From Planctomycetota bacterium (GTDB lineage: Bacteria > Planctomycetota > UBA1135 > UBA2386): 64,000 nucleotides of DNA. The notes below the pieces were generated by a model. The model saw only the letters and a program-made list of their open reading frames with translations, made no database searches and was not told the origin of the DNA. Positions within the stretch are counted from its first letter, which is position 1. The number at the start of each line of letters is the position of its first letter. The stretch lies in NCBI GenBank assembly GCA_020849665.1, contig JADLFX010000003.1, forward strand, positions 13,896 through 77,895, read 5' to 3'. Shown here piece after piece: positions 8,822 to 15,727 of this stretch. The position numbers were made by a program, and so were the translations under genes.

Positions 8822-10302
8822 GCGACCGGGGACTCGCGGTGCGGCCGGGCGAGCCGGTGGCGCGCGCGGCGCTGCCGGTGCTCGAGCCCCGCGCCTGGCG
8901 CGACGCGATCGTCGCCGACGTGGCCGCCGGCGGCCGCCTCCTGGCGCTGTTCGGCGCGGGCGAGGCCGCGGCGCCCACCCTGCACGCGATCCACCAGGAC
9001 CGCGCCGGGCAGCTGCGCTGGAGCCTGGCGCCGGTGCGCGGGTCGTGGCCCAGCCTGACCAGCGAGTGCCCGCAGGCGCACCTGTTCGAGCGCGAGATCT
9101 GGGAGGCGAGCGGTGCGGTGCCGGAGGGGCATCCGTGGCTCAAGCCGGTGCGCCGCGCGCCGGGCACGGCGGCGAGTGACGGCGCGCCGCCGTTCTTCGC
9201 CGTGGCCGGCGACGACGTGCACGAGGTCGCGGTCGGCCCGGTGCACGCGGGCGTGATCGAGCCGGGGCACTTCCGCTTCCAGTGCCACGGCGAGGCGGTG
9301 TTCCACCTGGAGATCGCGCTGGGCTACCAGCATCGCGGCGTGGAGGCGCTCCTCGCCCAGGGTCCGGACCGGCGCACGCTGCACGTCGTGGAGACCCTGG
9401 CCGGCGACACGACCCTCGGCCACGCCACCACCGCGTGCGAGGCATTGGAGGCGCTGCTCGGCGTGTCCGTGCCGCCGCGCGGCCATGCGCTGCGCGCGCT
9501 CGGCCTGGAGCTGGAACGGCTGGCCAACCACGTGGGCGACCTGGGTGCGCTGGCCAACGATGTGGGCTTCCTGCCCACGGCCGCGTACTGCGGCCGGCTG
9601 CGCGGCGACTTCCTCAACCTCACCGCGGCGCTGTGCGGCAACCGCTTCGGGCGCAGCCTCGTGCGCGTGGGCGGGACCGGCTTCGACGTGGATCCAGAGC
9701 GCGCCGCCGCGATGCGCGACCGCCTCGCCGCGGCGGCGCGCGACGTCCGCGACGCGGTGGCCCTGCTCTTCGGCGCGCCGATCGTGCGCGCGCGCTTCGA
9801 GGGCACCGGCGTCGTGACGGCGCCGGCCGCCCTGGACCTCGGGCTCGTGGGCATGGCAGCGCGCGCGTGCGGGCTGCCGCGCGACGTACGGCACGAGTTC
9901 CCGCCGCTGGCCTACCGCGCCGGCCGGCCACCCCTGGTGGTGCTGGAGGGGGGCGACGTCATGGCGCGCGCCCGGCTGCGCGCCGAGGAGATCGAGCGTT
10001 CGGTGGGCTTCGTCGACGGGCTCCTGGCGGCGCTGCCCGCGGGGCCGGCGCGCGCGGCGGCGGCGTGGCCCGCGCCGCTGGCGCCGGGCCACGCGGTGTT
10101 CGGCCTCGGGGAGGGCTGGCGCGGCGAGCTCGTGCACGTGCTCCTGACCGACGCCGCGGGCCGGATCGAGCGCTGGAAGGTGGTGGATCCCTCGTTCCAC
10201 AATTGGAGCGCCCTGGCCATGGCGTTGCGCGGCGAGGAGATCTCGGACTTCCCGCTCTGCAACAAGAGCTTCAACCTCTCGTACTGCGGGTTCGACCTGT
10301 GA
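8818..10302 (+). CDS. NuoC-NuoD/HycE/HyfG-like 'large subunit' lacking the [NiFe] cysteine ligands (EhrL-type)
   Basis: ATGA overlap at 8818-8821. There is an N-terminal NuoC-like region (HLFEREIWEASGAVPEGHPWLKP). The HycE-like core follows (GPVHAGVIEPGHFRFQCHGEAVFHLEIALGYQHRGVE). The position of the RxCGxCxxxH motif reads ETLAGDTTLGH. The C-terminus reads NKSFNLSYCGFDL instead of DPCxxCxxR. Confidence 0.85.
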   Translation: MSDRGLAVRPGEPVARAALPVLEPRAWRDAIVADVAAGGRLLALFGAGEAAAPTLHAIHQDRAGQLRWSLAPVRGSWPSLTSECPQAHLFEREIWEASGAVPEGHPWLKPVRRAPGTAASDGAPPFFAVAGDDVHEVAVGPVHAGVIEPGHFRFQCHGEAVFHLEIALGYQHRGVEALLAQGPDRRTLHVVETLAGDTTLGHATTACEALEALLGVSVPPRGHALRALGLELERLANHVGDLGALANDVGFLPTAAYCGRLRGDFLNLTAALCGNRFGRSLVRVGGTGFDVDPERAAAMRDRLAAAARDVRDAVALLFGAPIVRARFEGTGVVTAPAALDLGLVGMAARACGLPRDVRHEFPPLAYRAGRPPLVVLEGGDVMARARLRAEEIERSVGFVDGLLAALPAGPARAAAAWPAPLAPGHAVFGLGEGWRGELVHVLLTDAAGRIERWKVVDPSFHNWSALAMALRGEEISDFPLCNKSFNLSYCGFDL

Positions 10303-10309
10303 GCACACC

Positions 10310-11095
10310 ATGATCCCGATCCTGCGGACGCGCCTGCGCCAGGGGCAGCGCACGATCGCGTTCCCGGCGGCCCCGCCGGCGCTCCCCGAGCTCTTTCGCG
10401 GCATGCCGGTCGTGGACACCGCCAGGTGCCCCGACGGCTGCCGCGCGTGCGCCGATGCCTGCCCCACGCAGGCGATCGCCGTGGGGAGCGGCGCGGAGCC
10501 GCGCGTGGCCATCGACCTCGGCCGGTGTCTCTTCTGCACCGAGTGCACCGAGGCCTGCCCCGAGGGCGCGATCCGCTACGGCCAGGAGTACGCGCTGGCG
10601 ACGAGGCGCCGCGAGGACCTGGTCGCGACCGGCGCGCCGCTGCGGCTGGCCGCGGCCCTGGACGAGCGCTCGCGCCGGCTCTTCGGCCGTTCCCTCAAGC
10701 TGCGGCAGGTGAGCGCCGGCGGCTGCAACGGCTGCGAGTCGGACGTGAACGTGCTCAACACGATCGTGTTCGACCTGGCGCGCTTCGGCATCCAATTCGT
10801 CGCCTCTCCGCGCCATGCCGACGGCCTCCTGATCACCGGCCCGGTCACCCGCAACATGCGCCTCGCCCTGCACAAGACCTGGCAGGCGGTGCCCGAGCCG
10901 CGGCTGGTGGTCGCGGTGGGAGCGTGCGCGATCTCCGGCGGGCCCTACCTGGGCAGCGCCCAGGCCCACGACGGGGCGGGTAGTCTCCTGCCCGTGGACC
11001 TCTTCGTGCCCGGCTGTCCGCCGCATCCCATCACCATCCTCGATGGGCTGCTCCGCCTGCTGGGCCGGATCCCGTCGGGGACACGGACGCCATGA
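10310..11095 (+). CDS. Fusion of a 2x[4Fe-4S] ferredoxin domain (HycF/NuoI-like) with a NuoB/HycG-like small subunit (EhrS-type)
   Basis: 261 aa. Ferredoxin motifs: CPDGCRACADACP and CLFCTECTEACP. NuoB-like motifs: GGCNGCE, GLLITGPVTRNM, VGACAISGGPY, VPGCPPHP. Confidence 0.85.
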   Translation: MIPILRTRLRQGQRTIAFPAAPPALPELFRGMPVVDTARCPDGCRACADACPTQAIAVGSGAEPRVAIDLGRCLFCTECTEACPEGAIRYGQEYALATRRREDLVATGAPLRLAAALDERSRRLFGRSLKLRQVSAGGCNGCESDVNVLNTIVFDLARFGIQFVASPRHADGLLITGPVTRNMRLALHKTWQAVPEPRLVVAVGACAISGGPYLGSAQAHDGAGSLLPVDLFVPGCPPHPITILDGLLRLLGRIPSGTRTP

Positions 11096-12240
11096 GCGAG
11101 GCCGAGCTGCCGCCCCCGCATCTGGTGAGCGACGCGCCCGCGCTCGGTGCGATGGTCGAGCGGCTGCTGGGCGAGGAGCTGATCGCGGTGGACACCGAGG
11201 CCAACTCGATGTTCGCCTACCAGGAGCGTCTCTGCCTGGTGCAGGTCAGCTCCGCGGAAGAGGACTGGCTGATCGATCCCCTCGCCGGCCTCGACCTCGC
11301 GCCGCTCGGCGCGCTCTTCGCGTCCGAGCGGGTGCAGAAGGTGTTCCACGACGCCGAGTTCGACGTCCTCACGCTCAAGCGCGCGGCGCGGTTCCGGTTC
11401 GCGGCGGTGTTCGACACGAGGGTCGCCGCCGCGTCGCTGGGCCATGCGCAGGTGGGTCTCGCCGCGCTCCTGCACGAGTGCATGGGCGTCCGCCTCGACA
11501 AGCGCTTCCAACGCAGCGACTGGGGCAGGCGGCCACTCAGCGCGGGCCAGCTCGACTATGCGCGCCGTGACACCCGCTACCTGCCGGGGTTGGCGCGGCG
11601 CCTGCGCGCGGAACTGGACCGGCGCGGCGGCGTGCACGTGGAGGAGGTGGACTCCGAATGCCGTCGGATCGCGGCCGTCGAGCCCGAGCCGCGCTCGTTC
11701 GATCCCGAGGGATGGACCAGGATCGCCGGGGCCGAGCGCCTGGATGCCATGGGCCGCCGGCTGCTGCGGGCGCTCTTCGCGTGGCGCGACCGCGAGGCGG
11801 AGCGCCGCGACCAGCCGCACTTCAAGGTGCTCGGCAACGAGGCCATGCTGACCCTCGCGCAGCGCGCCGCATCCGGCGTCGAGTCGCCCGCGGCGGTGCC
11901 CGGCGTGCCGGCCTGGATCGCACCGGCGCTGGCCGCGCTCCTGGACGAGGCGCGCGCGGCGGGGCCGCTGAGCGGCTCGTTCCGCAGGGCGCCCACGCCG
12001 GAGGAGGAACTCTCCCCGGCCCAGCGCCGCGTGTTCGACGCCCTGCGCGCGTGGCGGCGCGAGGTCGCGGCGCGCCGTCCCGTGGATCCCGCCCTCGTAC
12101 TGCCGCGCGGCGCGCTCCTGGCCCTGGCGCGACGCGACTCCTGGCCCAGGGACCTCGCGGAACTGGCGGCATGTGGTGTCCTGGAGGAGTGGCGCCTGCG
12201 GCGCTACGGCGCGGGGATCCTCGCGGCGTTGCGGGGGTGA
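11092..12240 (+). CDS. rnd: Ribonuclease D (DEDD 3'-5' exonuclease plus HRDC domain)
   Basis: 382 aa. Motifs: IAVDTEANSMFAYQERLCLVQV, KVFHDAEFDVLTL, LDYARRDTRYL. The ATG overlaps the stop of the upstream gene (ATGA at 11092-11095). Confidence 0.85.
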   Translation: MSEAELPPPHLVSDAPALGAMVERLLGEELIAVDTEANSMFAYQERLCLVQVSSAEEDWLIDPLAGLDLAPLGALFASERVQKVFHDAEFDVLTLKRAARFRFAAVFDTRVAAASLGHAQVGLAALLHECMGVRLDKRFQRSDWGRRPLSAGQLDYARRDTRYLPGLARRLRAELDRRGGVHVEEVDSECRRIAAVEPEPRSFDPEGWTRIAGAERLDAMGRRLLRALFAWRDREAERRDQPHFKVLGNEAMLTLAQRAASGVESPAAVPGVPAWIAPALAALLDEARAAGPLSGSFRRAPTPEEELSPAQRRVFDALRAWRREVAARRPVDPALVLPRGALLALARRDSWPRDLAELAACGVLEEWRLRRYGAGILAALRG

Positions 12241-12259
12241 GCTGCACGCCCACTCGCGG

Positions 12260-14962
12260 CTACTCCCGTCGTACCGGTAACAACCCTGCCGCCAACGGCG
12301 CGAACCCGGGCAGGGCGCGCAGAGCAGCGAAGTCCGGATCGATGAGCAGCGCCGCGTTGCGGTAGCCGCGTGCGAGAGCCTCGCCCAGCAGGCGCAGGGC
12401 GCCGTGCGGGTCCCCGCCGAGCGTGGCGAACTTCGCGTGCAGGTACACCTGCGGTGCGCCGGCCGGATCGCGCCAGGCCGGGAGCGCCGCGAGGGCCTGC
12501 TCGCGCTCCGCCTCCGCCGAGCCGACGTCGCCCCGCTGGGCCAGCACGAACGCGCGGCCGAAGTGGGCATCGGCGCGCAGCCGCGCGTCGGACCCCGCCG
12601 CGGGATCCGCGAGGAGGCGCGCGAGAGCCGCGAGAGCCGCGTCGGACTCGCCGGCGCGCCGGTCGAGCTCGGCGAGCACCAGCACGCCCGCGAGGCGTGC
12701 GCGGCGCCCCTCCAGTGTCTGCGGCGCCAGCGCCAACACCGCCTCGGCCGCGGCGCGGGCAGGGCCGGCCTGCCCGGCCCGTGCGAGGAGTCGCGCGCGC
12801 AACGCCGCCGCGTCGATGCGTTGCGGATGCGTGTCGGCGAATGCCCCCGTGAGAATCGCGAGCGCGCGCTCGGCCTCGGCCAGCGCCTGCGCACCGTCGC
12901 CGAGTGCCTCGTGGATCAGCGCCAGGCTGCGGTGGACCATGCCGGTGTCCGGGTGGTGCGCCCCGAGCGCCGTGCGGGTCACCTCGAGGTCGCGCAGCTG
13001 CAACTCCAGGGCGCGCAGCGGATCCCCGAGCTGACGGTGCACGGTGGCGAGGTCGTTGAGCAGGCTGCCCACGCGCGGATCCGTCTCGCCATGTTGGCGC
13101 ATCACCACGGGGAGGGCCTGCTCCAGCAGCCGCTGTGCGAGTGCGTAGCGCTGCGCACGCATCTCGATGGCCGCCATGTTGGCGAGGACCATTGCGGCAT
13201 CGCCGCTCTCCTCGCCCTGACCGGCCACGGTCAGGGCATGGCTGCGCCGATAGGCGGCCAGCGCCTCCTCTGGCCGCCTGCGGGCCAGGAGCACGCCGAG
13301 CTCGTTGAGGATCGCACCGAGCCGGGGATGCTCCGCACCGAAGAGCCGTTCCTCGATCGCCAGCGCCTCACGCAGGGCCGCCGCGGCGCCATCCGCGTCG
13401 TCGAGGTGCCGGTCGACCCTGGCGCGGCGCAGGAGCCCCTCGGCGAGATCGAACGCTCCGGCCTCGCCCTGGGCGCGGGCCAGGTCGATCGACTCCTGCA
13501 GCAGGGCGCGCGCGTGCCGGTGCTCCGCGAACCCCGCGTGGGCTTCGCCGACGGCGCGCAGCAGCTGCGTCTGCACCAGCGGACGCTCGGCGAGCTCAGC
13601 GCGGACCCAGGCCGCGCCCTGTGCGAGCAGACGCGTGCGATCCAAGGCACGGCCGTCCGCTTCCTCCGGCCTGAGCCCTCCGAAGAGCGCGCGGAAGAAC
13701 CCGGTGAACCCTGCCACCAGCCGGGCGTCGGCACGGCTCTCCGCGGCGGCGGCCCGCGCCGCGGCGCCATGCACGAGGCCATAGAGCACGCCGGCGAGGC
13801 CGAGCAGTGCCGCGAGGACGGCCACCAGGGTGGCGGCGACCCCGGCGCGGTGGCGCTGGCAGAACTTGCGCAGGCGATAGCCTCGGCTCGGCGGGCCAGC
13901 CTGCACCGGCTCGCGATCGAGCAGGCGCTGGATCTCCTGGTCGAGGTCGCTGGCGGCGGCGTAGCGGCGGATCGGTTCCTTGGCCATCGCCCGCGCCACG
14001 ATCCAGTCGATCTCGCGCGGCACGCCGCGCGCGACGCGGCTGGGTCGCGCCGGCTCCGCCTCGCGGATGCGGCGCGCGGCCTCCGGGAGGGGGAGTCCCT
14101 CCAACTCGTACGGGTTCCGCCCCGTGGCCAGCCGGTAGAGCACCACGCCGAGTGCGTACACGTCGGTGCGCGCGTCGACCTCGGCACTGCGGCCCTCCAC
14201 CTGCTCCGGGCTCATCGACTCGAGCGTTCCCACGACCTCGCCGGCGAGCGTGGGACTGCCGGGCGCGCCGGCGGCGGGGCGCGCGATCCCGAAGTCGATG
14301 ACCTTCACCTGGCCGTGGCCATCGACGAGCAGATTGGCGGCCTTGAGGTCGCGGTGCACGACCCCGCGCTGGTGCGCGTGCTGCACGGCCCGGCACACCG
14401 ACTGGAAGAGCCGCAGCCGCGCGTGCAGGTCCAGGTTGCGGTCTTCCGCGTAGCGCGTGAGGGGGCAGGCGTCCTCGACGAACTCCAAGGCGAACCAGGG
14501 CACCGAAGGGACACCGCCCTCGGCCTCGAGGAAGCCGGCGCTGAACACCTGCGCGATCCCGGGGTGGCGCAGGTTGGCGAGCAGCTCGGCTTCGAAGTGG
14601 AAGCGCCGGCGCGCCTGCGGCGAGGCCAGCCCCGCGTGCAGGGTCTTGATCGCGACCTTGCGGCGTGGCTGATCCTGCTCGGCTTCCCACACGGTGCCCA
14701 TGCCGCCGCTGGCGATCGCGCGCACGATGCGGTACCCACCGACGCGCCGGCCCACGAGGCTCGGCAGCCGATCGGCAGGCAGCGGCGGCTCCAGGAACCC
14801 GTCGTCGGCGGCGTCGGCGGCGAGCAGCCGTGCCACCGCCTGCTTCAACGGCGCATCGTGGGCCGCGAGTCCGGCGAGGAACGCCGGACGCGCCTCCGGC
14901 GCCAGCTCGGCCGCGGCCTCGAAGAGGTCGCGGACCCGGTTCCAATGCCCGTCCCGGGTCAC
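12260..14962 (-). CDS. Ser/Thr protein kinase with one TM segment and a long C-terminal TPR-repeat region
   Basis: 900 aa. Kinase motifs: GGMGTVWEAEQ...VAIKTL, HRDLKAANLLV, DFGIAR, SPEQ. A hydrophobic helix follows (VAATLVAVLAALLGLAGVLYGLV). The remaining roughly 500 aa is Ala/Leu-rich and TPR-like. Confidence 0.9.
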   Translation of the reverse strand: MTRDGHWNRVRDLFEAAAELAPEARPAFLAGLAAHDAPLKQAVARLLAADAADDGFLEPPLPADRLPSLVGRRVGGYRIVRAIASGGMGTVWEAEQDQPRRKVAIKTLHAGLASPQARRRFHFEAELLANLRHPGIAQVFSAGFLEAEGGVPSVPWFALEFVEDACPLTRYAEDRNLDLHARLRLFQSVCRAVQHAHQRGVVHRDLKAANLLVDGHGQVKVIDFGIARPAAGAPGSPTLAGEVVGTLESMSPEQVEGRSAEVDARTDVYALGVVLYRLATGRNPYELEGLPLPEAARRIREAEPARPSRVARGVPREIDWIVARAMAKEPIRRYAAASDLDQEIQRLLDREPVQAGPPSRGYRLRKFCQRHRAGVAATLVAVLAALLGLAGVLYGLVHGAAARAAAAESRADARLVAGFTGFFRALFGGLRPEEADGRALDRTRLLAQGAAWVRAELAERPLVQTQLLRAVGEAHAGFAEHRHARALLQESIDLARAQGEAGAFDLAEGLLRRARVDRHLDDADGAAAALREALAIEERLFGAEHPRLGAILNELGVLLARRRPEEALAAYRRSHALTVAGQGEESGDAAMVLANMAAIEMRAQRYALAQRLLEQALPVVMRQHGETDPRVGSLLNDLATVHRQLGDPLRALELQLRDLEVTRTALGAHHPDTGMVHRSLALIHEALGDGAQALAEAERALAILTGAFADTHPQRIDAAALRARLLARAGQAGPARAAAEAVLALAPQTLEGRRARLAGVLVLAELDRRAGESDAALAALARLLADPAAGSDARLRADAHFGRAFVLAQRGDVGSAEAEREQALAALPAWRDPAGAPQVYLHAKFATLGGDPHGALRLLGEALARGYRNAALLIDPDFAALRALPGFAPLAAGLLPVRRE

Positions 14963-14969
14963 GGGCGCC

Positions 14970-15521
14970 TCAGTGGTCCTCGAGAGCGACGCGCAGCCAC
15001 GCCCGTGCCGCCCGCCAGCCGCGTTCGACGGTGGCGGTCGAGGTGGCCAGGGCCAGGGCCGTGTCCTCGATCGTCAGCCCTGCGAAGAAGCGCAGTTCCA
15101 CGATCCGGACCAGGGCGGGGTCCAGGGCCTCGAGGCGCGCGAGCAGGTCGTCCAGCTCGAGCAGGTCGGGCACGCGCGCCGCGTAGAGGTCGAGGGCGTC
15201 GTCGAGCGGGACCCGCGCGTGTGCCCCGCGCTTGAGGGTGCGCCGGGCGCGGGCGTGGTCGACGAGCACCGAGCGCATCGCCCTGGCAGCAACGCCCAGG
15301 AAGTGCGCGCGACTGGCGTAGGTGTGCTGCCGCCCGGCGACCTTCAGCCAGGCCTCGTGCACGATTGCGGTGGCCTGCAGGGTGTGGTTGCCCTGGTGCG
15401 CCATGAGGCCGCCTGCCCGCCGGCGCAGCTCGTCGTAGAGCTCGGCATAGAGCTGGTCGGCCGTGGTGGGTTCGCCGCCCGGGACGGGAGGCGGGGGCAG
15501 GGTCGCCGTGGGCGTGGGCAT
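14970..15521 (-). CDS. ECF-type sigma-70 factor of the kinase-associated class (TIGR02999-like)
   Basis: 183 aa. LYAELYDELRRRAGGLMAHQGNHTLQATAIVHEAWLKV and the C-terminal region-4 segment RIVELRFFAGLTIEDTALALATSTATVERGWRAARAWL fit this class. It lies 8 nt upstream of the kinase gene on the same strand. Confidence 0.85.
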   Translation of the reverse strand: MPTPTATLPPPPVPGGEPTTADQLYAELYDELRRRAGGLMAHQGNHTLQATAIVHEAWLKVAGRQHTYASRAHFLGVAARAMRSVLVDHARARRTLKRGAHARVPLDDALDLYAARVPDLLELDDLLARLEALDPALVRIVELRFFAGLTIEDTALALATSTATVERGWRAARAWLRVALEDH

Positions 15522-15727
15522 CGTCGGGACGGGGTGCGGTCGGGGTGGAGCGGTGCTGGGTCGGCTGCGGGCGGGTCACGCCCGCCCGTACGCCAGGAAT
15601 GACCGGTGTCCGTCAGGCGCACGCGGGTGATTCGTGATTCGGTGACGGAATCCTCGGCCGGATCTCGTGTGGGTCCGCGGCGCGGCGTTCCGCCCGCCCC
15701 GAACCTGCATCCCAAGAGGAATCCCGC

